A stretch of DNA of 19,475 bases, from the NCBI GenBank assembly GCA_964584035.1, contig CAZOYL010000040.1, forward strand, positions 1 through 19,475, written 5' to 3'. Each line of letters opens with the position of its first letter. Positions within the stretch are counted from its first letter, which is position 1. The position numbers were made by a program, and so were the translations under genes. The notes beneath the pieces were generated by a model. That model saw only the letters and a list, made by a program, of their open reading frames with translations, was not told where the DNA came from and did not search any database. This DNA comes from an uncultured Gemmatimonadota bacterium. Its GTDB lineage: Bacteria > SM23-81. Shown in pieces: positions 1 through 7,918 of this stretch.

Positions 1-17
1 TATGTATCAGATTTAGA

Positions 18-45
18 TTGACTTTTAAACGAAACAGGACATATT
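18..45 (+). promoter_or_regulatory. Putative sigma70-type promoter for the signalling operon
   Basis: TTGACT at 18-23 (5/6 to TTGACA), 16-nt spacer, CATATT at 40-45 (4/6 to TATAAT), in an AT-rich stretch upstream of ATG 74. Confidence 0.45.
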
Positions 46-50
46 CCTGT
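34..50. promoter_or_regulatory. Inverted repeat ACAGGA-N5-TCCTGT overlapping the putative -10 (candidate operator)
   Basis: ACAGGA (34-39) and TCCTGT (45-50) are exact reverse complements around CATAT. Confidence 0.35.
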
Positions 51-73
51 CTGGCGGGAAGGGATGTGACAAC

Positions 74-754
74 ATGTTCCGAAGAACGAGACCCATGAAG
101 CTCTTTCTCTCGATGTGTCTGAGCCTGTGGCTTTGTCTGTTCATCGGCTCACGGGTTCATGCCTACCAGGATGGCGATTGGCAGTTTTGGAATTCCAGCA
201 GTCTGGAGGGAAATGTCCATACGAAGTGGAAACTCAGGTTTGAAGAGCAATTTCGAATCGGCCGGGATGTCTCTGAACTTTTTTATCATCAGACCGGCAT
301 TGGACTGACCTGGAAAACGACCAAATGGTTTCAGGCCGCGGTGACGTATGCTCAGGTGTATGAATTGAAAAAGGGTGACTGGAAAGAGGAAAACCGTCCA
401 TCCGCCGATGGAACATTACAGCGGGAATGGAGGGGCGTTCAGCTCTCCGATCGAAATCGGCTGGAGCTCCGCATTCGTGAAGAAACTGAGAACATTTGGC
501 GGTACCGAAACAATCTCACCTTTTCCCCGGCCAAGAAAGTGTCTCCTCTTCATATACAGCCATACATGAGCGCTGAGATATTCGTCGACATTGAGCAGGA
601 AGATCTCAATCAGTACCGCCTCACGGGAGGTCTCAAGGGCCAATTGATCGATGTTCTCCAGGCCAGCCTGTACTATCTCCGCCAGGGGAAAGAGAAGGAT
701 GGAGATTGGACCGCCTGTCATGTCCTTGGAGCCACGATCAGGGTGCGTCTGTGA
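74..754 (+). CDS. DUF2490-like outer-membrane beta-barrel protein
   Basis: N-terminal signal-peptide-like stretch ending VHA-YQ. Amphipathic strands with motifs typical of DUF2490 (LRFEEQFR, EENRP, RNRLELR, WRYRN, PYMSAEIF, NQYRL). GGAAGGGA upstream; alternative start at ATG 95. Confidence 0.75.
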   Translation: MFRRTRPMKLFLSMCLSLWLCLFIGSRVHAYQDGDWQFWNSSSLEGNVHTKWKLRFEEQFRIGRDVSELFYHQTGIGLTWKTTKWFQAAVTYAQVYELKKGDWKEENRPSADGTLQREWRGVQLSDRNRLELRIREETENIWRYRNNLTFSPAKKVSPLHIQPYMSAEIFVDIEQEDLNQYRLTGGLKGQLIDVLQASLYYLRQGKEKDGDWTACHVLGATIRVRL

Positions 755-775
755 GGCCGCCAGCGGAGATGTTTT

Positions 776-2770
776 ATGCTGCGTTTGTCGTTGAGAGCTA
801 AGCTGATATTCAGTTTTTCTGCGGTCATCGTGGTGGGCGTTTTCCTGGCGGTCTTGGTCGGCATTCACTTCATCGGCGACACCATTATCCGGCAGACACA
901 GGACAAGGTGCGGTTGGATCTCAACTCGGCCCGGGAGGTGTACCAGGAAGAGAGCGGCCAGATAAGGGACGTGGTTCGCTTGACCGCCGTCAGGTTCTTT
1001 ATCAAAGATGCCATGGCGAAAGGCGACAGAAACGTCTTGAGCCGGGAGCTGCAGAAGATCAGACAAGAAGAGAATCTCGACGTCCTCAACCTGGTCGATG
1101 AGAGCTGCCGAGTCATCGTCAGGACCAGCAGGCCGGAGCTATACGGAGACGATATCATAGAGGATGCGGTGATCGAGAGGGCCTTGTCGCGCGGAGACGT
1201 TGCCGTGTCGACCGAGCTGATCTCCCGGGAACAGTTGGAGAAAAACGGCGACGATTTAGCCAAAAAGGCGGCCATCATGCTGGTTCCCACTCCAAAGGCC
1301 AGACCGAGATCGGAGACGGAGGAAACTTCAGGGATGATGATCGCAGCGGCCGCCCCCATCTTCGGATACGATGGAACCCTGCTTGGAGTGCTTTATGGCG
1401 GAAAGCTATTGAATAGAAATTACCAGATCGTTGATAAGGTGAAAGATATCGTCTATCGCGGTGAGCGATACAAGGAGAAGGACATAGGGACGGTCACCAT
1501 TTTTCAGGGAGACCTGCGTGTGACCACAAATGTGATGCGCTCCGAGGGCACTCGGGCCATCGGCACCAGAGTGTCACAGGAGGTCTACGATCAGGTCATC
1601 GGTCAGGGACAGCCCTGGATCGGGCGGGCCTTCGTCGTCAATGATTGGTACATCACCGCCTATGAGACCATCAAGGATATCAATGGTAACATCATCGGAA
1701 TGCTCTATGTGGGTATGCTGGAAGCGCCATATGTGGATATGAAAAATAGAGTTGTGCTCACATTTCTGGGAATCGCCCTGCTCTGCGTGGCACTGTTGAC
1801 CGTCATTGCCTGCATCACGTCGACCAGCATCGTCAATCCCCTGAAAGAGCTTCTCCATGCGACCCAGAGGGTAGCTCATGGAGATCTCGACCACCGGCTG
1901 CAGGTCACATCGCAAGATGAGATCGGGCACCTGGGAAGATCGTTCAATCGCATGACCGAAGAGCTTCAAAAAGCCACCGAGAGCTACCGCGCTCTGATGA
2001 GCACCCTGGAGGATAAGGTCAGAGAAAAGACCGAGGAGCTGCGCCAGGCGCAGGATCAACTGGTGCAATCGGAGAAATTGACCTCTCTGGGAAAGTTCGC
2101 GGCCGGCATTGCCCATGAAGTGAACAATCCTCTGACCTCGATACTGATCAACAGCCATCTGGTCGCCGAGAGGCTGGAACAGGACGATCGGCTTCAGGAG
2201 CATCTCAAACTGATCGTCGATGAAACCGCCCGCTGCGGGACCATCGTCAAGGGGTTGTTGGATTTTTCCCGCCAGACGCCGCCCCGGAAGGTGCGCACCG
2301 ATATCAACGAAGTGGTGGAGAGAACGCTGCGGCTGTTGAAGAGCCAGATCATCTTGCAGAAAGTGGAAGTGGAGACACGGCTTGAAAAGGACCTGCCGGA
2401 GCTGCAGATCGATGTCAATCAAATGCAGCAGGTGTTCGCCAATCTGATCCTCAATGCCCTGGATGCCATGCCGGGAGGCGGCCGGTTGACCTTCCGGACC
2501 CGGAAGCTGGCCGACGCTGAACGGGTCGAGGTGAGCATCGCCGATACGGGACGAGGCATCTCAAAAGAGCATTTGGGGAAGGTCTTCGACCCTTTTTTCA
2601 CCACCAAGGGAACGGCCGGGACCGGGCTGGGGCTGTCGGTGAGCTATGGTATCGTGCGCCGTCATGGCGGCACCATAGAGGTAAACAGCGAGGAGGGAAG
2701 AGGGACTGCTATGATCATCCGTCTGCCGGTGGAGAAGGCAGGTAAACCATCTGCCAAGCGAGGTGATTGA
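776..2770 (+). CDS. Membrane sensor histidine kinase (periplasmic Cache, HAMP, HisKA, HATPase_c; NtrB-like core)
   Basis: Two TM segments flank a periplasmic region with the Cache-type motif TIFQGDLRVTTNV...RAIGT. HAMP (NPLKEL...DEIGHLGRSFNRM), H-box AGIAHEVNNPL, N-box QVFANLILNALDAM, G1 DTGRG, F-box FDPFFTTK, G2 GTGLGL. GGAG at 765-768. Confidence 0.95.
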   Translation: MLRLSLRAKLIFSFSAVIVVGVFLAVLVGIHFIGDTIIRQTQDKVRLDLNSAREVYQEESGQIRDVVRLTAVRFFIKDAMAKGDRNVLSRELQKIRQEENLDVLNLVDESCRVIVRTSRPELYGDDIIEDAVIERALSRGDVAVSTELISREQLEKNGDDLAKKAAIMLVPTPKARPRSETEETSGMMIAAAAPIFGYDGTLLGVLYGGKLLNRNYQIVDKVKDIVYRGERYKEKDIGTVTIFQGDLRVTTNVMRSEGTRAIGTRVSQEVYDQVIGQGQPWIGRAFVVNDWYITAYETIKDINGNIIGMLYVGMLEAPYVDMKNRVVLTFLGIALLCVALLTVIACITSTSIVNPLKELLHATQRVAHGDLDHRLQVTSQDEIGHLGRSFNRMTEELQKATESYRALMSTLEDKVREKTEELRQAQDQLVQSEKLTSLGKFAAGIAHEVNNPLTSILINSHLVAERLEQDDRLQEHLKLIVDETARCGTIVKGLLDFSRQTPPRKVRTDINEVVERTLRLLKSQIILQKVEVETRLEKDLPELQIDVNQMQQVFANLILNALDAMPGGGRLTFRTRKLADAERVEVSIADTGRGISKEHLGKVFDPFFTTKGTAGTGLGLSVSYGIVRRHGGTIEVNSEEGRGTAMIIRLPVEKAGKPSAKRGD

Positions 2771-2772
2771 CC

Positions 2773-3564
2773 ATGGAATCAAAAGAAAAGATTCTGGTCG
2801 TCGATGACGAGCTGCCTGTCTGCAGGAGCATCGCCAGCGCCCTTGAGTCGGAGGGCTACCAGGTGGACACGGTCCAAAGCGGGGAGGAAGCATTGGAGCG
2901 GGAACGCGGGACCGGTTACGATGTGTTCCTGGTGGACCTGATGATGCCCGGCATGAGCGGCATGGAGGTCTTGGAAGCTGTCATGGAGCGGAAGCCCAAA
3001 CCGGTGGTGATCATGATTACGGGATACCCGACCATGAAAACGGCCGTCCAGGCGGTCAAGATGGGAGCGTTCGATTATCTGCCAAAGCCTTTTACACCGA
3101 AAGAATTGCGGATTCTCGTCTCGCGAGGATTAGGCCAGCGCCGGCTTATGGAGCAGGCGGCTGCGGCCGGCCGGCCGCCGGGAGCTGAGGGCTCGTCCAT
3201 GACCAAAGACATTTACTGCATTCCGGGCCACTCCTGGGCTCGGGTGGAGGCGGACGGAAAGGTGCGTATCGGGGTTGAAGAGACCTTTCTGATCTCCCTT
3301 CACCAGGTCAGCTCGGTGGAATTCCCCTACGAAGGTGAGCGGCTGTCTCAGGGTGAGGCCTGTCTATGGCTGACGGACAAGCAGAACAATCTGCATCGCA
3401 TTTGGGCTCCTCTGAGCGGTCAGGTCGTTGCCATTCATACGGAGCTGAAGATGGATCCGTCGCAGATCCTGCGGGATCCCTACGGGTCCGGCTGGCTTTT
3501 GCTGCTCGAGCCCGAACGGTTGCAGGAAGATCTGGAAAATCTGGTGCCCTTACAACACCAGTAA
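2773..3564 (+). CDS. Response-regulator receiver fused to a glycine-cleavage-H (GcvH)-like domain
   Basis: REC motifs ILVVDDE, DLMMPGMSG (phospho-Asp), ITGY, YLPKPF. Ala/Pro linker. C-terminus has GcvH-like motifs HSWARVE, VRIGV, APLSGQVV, DPYGSGWL. ATG 2773 preferred over TTG 2767 because AGGTGA lies at 2761-2766. Confidence 0.85.
   Translation: MESKEKILVVDDELPVCRSIASALESEGYQVDTVQSGEEALERERGTGYDVFLVDLMMPGMSGMEVLEAVMERKPKPVVIMITGYPTMKTAVQAVKMGAFDYLPKPFTPKELRILVSRGLGQRRLMEQAAAAGRPPGAEGSSMTKDIYCIPGHSWARVEADGKVRIGVEETFLISLHQVSSVEFPYEGERLSQGEACLWLTDKQNNLHRIWAPLSGQVVAIHTELKMDPSQILRDPYGSGWLLLLEPERLQEDLENLVPLQHQ
2794..2813 (+). repeat. 20-nt exact repeat shared by the two receiver genes (copy 1)
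   Basis: CTGGTCGTCGATGACGAGCT at 2794-2813, identical to 3642-3661; reflects REC-domain paralogy. Confidence 0.8.
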
Positions 3565-3593
3565 GCGGCGCAGGGGCGGATGATGCACCGTTA

Positions 3594-3610
3594 CCGCATT
3601 GAGAATGCGG
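3594..3610. promoter_or_regulatory. 7-bp perfect inverted repeat abutting and overlapping the RBS of the single-domain regulator
   Basis: CCGCATT (3594-3600), GAG, AATGCGG (3604-3610). The last GG starts the GGAG Shine-Dalgarno-like element. Confidence 0.4.
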
Positions 3611-3620
3611 AGCCATGAAG

Positions 3621-4022
3621 ATGGACGAGAAAATTAAAATCCTGGTCGTCGATGACGAGCTTCCGGTGGGTAAAAGTATCTCACACGCTTTACGGGAAGA
3701 AGGCTATGATGTCGATATGGCGCTCAGCGGAGAGGAGGCGCTGCAACGGCTGCGCCAGTGCTCCTATGCCGTCATGGTCGCGGATCTGATGATGCCTGGC
3801 ATGAGCGGCATGGACCTTCTCTCCGCTGTGAAAGAAACGAACATGAACATCTCGGTCATCATCACCACAGGGTATCCGTCCACCAGGACGACCGTTCAAT
3901 CGATCAAGCTGGGAGCCTTCGATTACCTGCCCAAGCCCTTTGCACCAGGAGAGCTTCGAGCGATTGTAGCTCGGGCCCTGGAAAGGCGCCGGCCGGAAGA
4001 AAAAAGGAATCCTTCGGACTGA
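3621..4022 (+). CDS. Single-domain response regulator (receiver only)
   Basis: ILVVDDE, DLMMPGMSG, TTGY, YLPKPF with only a short charged tail. ATG 3621 preferred (GGAG 3609-3612, 8-nt spacing); ATG 3615 is in frame. Confidence 0.9.
   Translation: MDEKIKILVVDDELPVGKSISHALREEGYDVDMALSGEEALQRLRQCSYAVMVADLMMPGMSGMDLLSAVKETNMNISVIITTGYPSTRTTVQSIKLGAFDYLPKPFAPGELRAIVARALERRRPEEKRNPSD
3642..3661 (+). repeat. 20-nt exact repeat shared by the two receiver genes (copy 2)
   Basis: Identical to 2794-2813. Confidence 0.8.
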
Positions 4023-4032
4023 CCGCCCGCGT

Positions 4033-7000
4033 ATGCCGTTCAACCCAGGTGTGGCCATGAAACCTCCCGCTATCGACAGATGCATCCTGCAAACTCTCGA
4101 TCTGTTGAGAGGATTCGATCCCCGGACCGTCATGTTCTTAGACCGCCGGGGCCGGTGGACGAAAGGTCCCCAAACGGCCCGGGACCGGGTATCGAATGAG
4201 TTGTGGTTCTTTATCTGGCAGAGCCATCGCCAGGATGCCCGGCTTGAGGTTCTGCGGGATATCTTCGCGCCGTTCCTCGGCGATCCGACCGGCTGGGCGG
4301 TCACTGGGAAGATCTATCGCTGGCTCTGCTCGTCGGCTCCTCAGGATCCGGGTGAGGTGCTCCAGGTGGTGGAGGTGATCACGGCTCTCATCCAACATCG
4401 TGCCTGGCAAAGAAATGGGACGGCCTATCGGCCCGATTGGGATTCCAGAGGAAAAGCTCTGCGGGCCGGATATATGGAAAGAGCCCGGGCTTTCGCTGCG
4501 GGCCTGGAGGGATGCCTGGAGGGTGAATCTGAGCTGGCCCGCTGGCGCGAGATGTGGCCGCAGCTCATGGCCGCCGCGGGAGGATCGATCGACCGCCTGT
4601 GCGCCATCATCTCAGAGGAGGAGAGCATACGGGACCAGATCGAGACCGTCCTTCATGCTCTTTGGGCAGCGCGTCAAAAGGATCAAGCCCTGGCCCTGCT
4701 GGAAGAACAGGTTGGGCCCCTGTTGACCATGAGGCCGGCCCATCAGCAAGCGCTCTTGAGACCCTGCCTCGATCTGCTGACGCTTCCTCAGCTCGAGATG
4801 GTCAGCGGCCTGCCGTATGAGGTGACCGGCATCCTGGGGAAATTGCGTGATATCCGCTCTACGGAACATCTCCTCACCGTGCTGGAGAATTGCGCTCGGA
4901 AATACACTCAGGTAAGATGCAACGCCATTTACGCCCTGGGCCATTTCAGAGACAGGTCCGCCCTGCCGTATTTTCTTGAGGTTCTTACGGGACCCAACAG
5001 CACCGATGTTGACCTCTCCGGCCGGTCCTCCGGTTATTCGCTCTCTTTACGCGGTGAAAAGCGGGAATGCATCTGGGCTCTGGGCCGGCTGGGAGCCGAA
5101 GCCCTGGAGGCGATACCGGTCTTGGCCAGATACGGCCGCAATCCCGAACGGGATATCAGTGCTGTGTTAGCCTGGGCATTGGGGTGCATCGGGAAGGGGC
5201 AGAAGGAAACAAGTGGAGGGCTGGACGCCGCCCTGGTGACCAGCCTGCTGCAATTGCTGCAGGTCGACGACCACCTCGTTTTCGAGGAATCGGCCATGGC
5301 CATGAGGGGGCTGGGGCTGCCCGACTTCCTCCACCATCTCTATCTGCACGACTTCGCCACGGTGCCGATATTGTCTCTCAAACCGAGCAGCACCGGGTTG
5401 TACGAGCTGTCGGAGACGCTTTTTTACCTGATGTCGATGAGATCCCCGGTGGTCATGGCGGTCACCGGGGATTCCGGAACCGGAAAAACTTACTTCTGCG
5501 AGACTCTCATCGAAGGATTCGGCAGCCTGCGCCGGAAGGATATTCTCTATCTGCAGAGAGATCGCCCCGGCCATATGATGATCTTGAACAGGATCCTCGG
5601 TCTCAGATGGCTGCGCGATCATGTGGCCCCTCAACATTATGAAAATTACCCTCTGGCCGAAGACCGGGACGATCCGGACCTGTTCTTTGGACAATTTATG
5701 CAGCAGCATTCCCGGAGAAAATTGATCATCCTGGATGGCTGGAGAGATTCGGATTACTTTCATGAGGTGATCCGGCGCTTCTATGAATACGGACATCTCG
5801 ATGTGCTGGTGAAGTTTCATAGCACCTATTCGACCAAACGGCTCAATCTCGAGGAGCGCGAGGGAACGCTGGAGCGCGTCACGGCCCATCTGCCGCTGGT
5901 AGAAGATCCGGCCATCGAGGAGACCGATTTCTATCGCGAGGGAGCCGTGCTGCTGTATCAGCTCGACAACTCTATATCCTCACGCTTGAATGATCATGAG
6001 ATCAGAGAGGTTTTCCGGCGGAAGAAGGTCGCTGCCTGGGGCCAGACCGTTCATATCGGAGAACTGCTGCACCGGGCCGAGCGGGTAGATGCTCAGGAGT
6101 CGCTGCTGGCATCTTGCCGGGAAAAGAGCACTTTAAAAAAGAAAATTCTGAGAGCGAAGGAGACGATCCCCTTCACGCCCCGGGAGACGGCTTTCCGGAG
6201 AATATTGAACGAACAGCCCGAGCGGGATCAGAACCTGCTTCAGGACATCGATCTGGACGGCGGCGACATTCGGCGAATCGGGTTCTTCACTCAGGGGCAG
6301 GTTGCCTATGGGGATGCGAATGGGGCCATCGGTATTCTGTCCGGTTTTCAGGACAGGAATTTCTCAACCGACGTTCATGAGCAGCCGGTCAGGTGTCTGG
6401 CGGTCACCGGGGGGGCCATTCTCTCGTCGGACACGGTCGGCGAATTGAAGGAAACATGCTTTCGTAAAAAGGAGATAACGGTATGGCCGGCCGGCCCTTC
6501 TCCCATTTGCTCGCTGGCCTGTGGACGGGATGGTCTTGTGGCCATGGGGCACGAGGATGGAACCGTTCGACTGTGGGATCGAACAGCTCAGGAGATGTAT
6601 GCGCTCGGCAGCCATGCCGATCAGGTTCGAGCCCTGGCCATCGGCCGCAAGGGAGCCGTTTTCTCGGGAGACGCGGCGGGTGAGATGCATCTGTGGGATC
6701 TAAGGAAGGGGACCAAGAGCGTCTTCAGAAGCCCGGGCCATTCTATTCAGGCCGTTGAGATGTGTCCTGATGGCAGATGGGTGATCGCCCAACAGGTCCC
6801 GGAGCCGATGGATGAGACGGCCCGGAAGGAGCAGGCGGCCATCTGGATTTTGGACCCTGAGAGCGGCCGCCGTGAGGTCTTTGACCTCAAGGTGAACGCC
6901 CGGATCAAGGCCCTGAAGGTCTATTTCGACGGCCGGATATTTATAGGATTAGGCGGCCGCCGGCCTGTTTCTGCCGGACACACGCTTCTGGTCATCGATC

Positions 7001-7224
7001 CCCGGCCGAAGCGGCCGCAGATTTTTTCCCTTCCCGGGCACGGGCTGGAAACCACCGATTGCCTCACGATGGGACCCCGCATCATCACCTGCGGTCGGGA
7101 GGAAGGCGGGCCGGGAACCCTGCGCATATGGGGAGGCCTATCGTATATCAAATCCGAGTTGAAGAAATCCGCGCTCTTGCCGGACCATATGGAGAAACCG
7201 CCCTATTGCCGGACCATCTTCTGA
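4033..7224 (+). CDS. Large multidomain protein: unknown N-terminus, HEAT/PBS-lyase-like repeats, P-loop NTPase/kinase domain, WD40-like beta-propeller
   Basis: HEAT-like repeats VRCNAIYALGHFRDRSALPYFLEVL, RECIWALGRLGAEALEAIPVL, LAWALGCIG (about 4910-5320). Walker A VTGDSGTGKT (5461-5490), Walker-B-like LIILDG (5722-5739). WD repeats GHEDGTVRLWD and HADQVRALAI...GEMHLWD (about 6250-7140). Alternative start ATG 4057. Confidence 0.8.
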   Translation: MPFNPGVAMKPPAIDRCILQTLDLLRGFDPRTVMFLDRRGRWTKGPQTARDRVSNELWFFIWQSHRQDARLEVLRDIFAPFLGDPTGWAVTGKIYRWLCSSAPQDPGEVLQVVEVITALIQHRAWQRNGTAYRPDWDSRGKALRAGYMERARAFAAGLEGCLEGESELARWREMWPQLMAAAGGSIDRLCAIISEEESIRDQIETVLHALWAARQKDQALALLEEQVGPLLTMRPAHQQALLRPCLDLLTLPQLEMVSGLPYEVTGILGKLRDIRSTEHLLTVLENCARKYTQVRCNAIYALGHFRDRSALPYFLEVLTGPNSTDVDLSGRSSGYSLSLRGEKRECIWALGRLGAEALEAIPVLARYGRNPERDISAVLAWALGCIGKGQKETSGGLDAALVTSLLQLLQVDDHLVFEESAMAMRGLGLPDFLHHLYLHDFATVPILSLKPSSTGLYELSETLFYLMSMRSPVVMAVTGDSGTGKTYFCETLIEGFGSLRRKDILYLQRDRPGHMMILNRILGLRWLRDHVAPQHYENYPLAEDRDDPDLFFGQFMQQHSRRKLIILDGWRDSDYFHEVIRRFYEYGHLDVLVKFHSTYSTKRLNLEEREGTLERVTAHLPLVEDPAIEETDFYREGAVLLYQLDNSISSRLNDHEIREVFRRKKVAAWGQTVHIGELLHRAERVDAQESLLASCREKSTLKKKILRAKETIPFTPRETAFRRILNEQPERDQNLLQDIDLDGGDIRRIGFFTQGQVAYGDANGAIGILSGFQDRNFSTDVHEQPVRCLAVTGGAILSSDTVGELKETCFRKKEITVWPAGPSPICSLACGRDGLVAMGHEDGTVRLWDRTAQEMYALGSHADQVRALAIGRKGAVFSGDAAGEMHLWDLRKGTKSVFRSPGHSIQAVEMCPDGRWVIAQQVPEPMDETARKEQAAIWILDPESGRREVFDLKVNARIKALKVYFDGRIFIGLGGRRPVSAGHTLLVIDPRPKRPQIFSLPGHGLETTDCLTMGPRIITCGREEGGPGTLRIWGGLSYIKSELKKSALLPDHMEKPPYCRTIF

Positions 7225-7412
7225 GCCGGCCCGCCTTTCGTCCATCCGAAACATCATCCCCCGCATAAACAACTTGATATATTGTCCAGAGGGGCTCGTC
7301 TGTCCGGCCGTTTGATGACCTATCTGTTCATGCGAAAATCGGTCAACCGGCATCCGGCTCTGGCCCTGGTAGTGGGCACGGTGTTATCCGCCCGGCCAAG
7401 GTGAAAAAACAT

Positions 7413-7441
7413 TTGGAAAAGGCCGGATTTATATTTACTAT
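7413..7441 (+). promoter_or_regulatory. Putative sigma70-type promoter for the GNAT/redox operon
   Basis: TTGGAA (7413-7418), 17-nt spacer, TACTAT (7436-7441) in the most AT-rich part of the 7225-7447 intergenic region. Confidence 0.55.
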
Positions 7442-7447
7442 ATAAAA

Positions 7448-7888
7448 ATGATAGAATGTATCCATATCAGACCGTTCCGCATGGAGGATTACGATGCCGT
7501 GGTGTCTCTGTGGAAGCGGTCGCGGCTGCCGTATAAACCAGCCGGCCGGGATGCCCGGGAACGGATCGCCCGGGAGCTGGAGGGCGCCGGCGCCGTTTTT
7601 CTGGTGGCCGAACACGGGGGCCAGGTGGTCGGCACGGTCTTTGCCACCCACGACGGGCGAAAGGGATGGATTAATCGGCTGGCGGTGATGCCGGCCTCCC
7701 GCCGGCAGGGTGTTGCCGCCAGGCTGGTGAAGGAGGCCGAACACCGGCTGGCGGAAGCGGGCATTCAGATCGTGGCCTGTCTCATCGAGGACGGCAACGC
7801 CGATTCCAAAGAATTTTTTCAGAGCATTGGCTATCAGCGGTTCGACGAAATCAGTTATTTCACCAAGAAACAGCACCCCGAGGTCTGA
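7448..7888 (+). CDS. GNAT-family N-acetyltransferase (YpeA-like)
   Basis: IRPFRMEDYDAVVSLW, VFLVAE, HDGRKGWINRLAV, acetyl-CoA motif RRQGVA, N...FFQSIGY. Confidence 0.9.
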   Translation: MIECIHIRPFRMEDYDAVVSLWKRSRLPYKPAGRDARERIARELEGAGAVFLVAEHGGQVVGTVFATHDGRKGWINRLAVMPASRRQGVAARLVKEAEHRLAEAGIQIVACLIEDGNADSKEFFQSIGYQRFDEISYFTKKQHPEV

Positions 7889-7918
7889 TCTGGTCGATAC
7901 ACGGGGAGGTGATGTCAG

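Noticed and set aside
416..2422. Minus-strand ORFs of 216, 164 and 282 aa
   Set aside because: All lie opposite well-supported plus-strand genes and show no family motifs.
2773..3564. Calling this gene gcvH of a glycine cleavage system
   Set aside because: It is fused to a receiver, lacks the canonical lipoylation motif, and no gcvT/gcvP genes are nearby.
7225..7412. Possible ncRNA, riboswitch or terminator in the longest intergenic region
   Set aside because: Only short 4-5 bp stems (e.g. TGACC...GGTCA), no U-tract hairpin and no motif I recognise; a covariance-model search would be needed.
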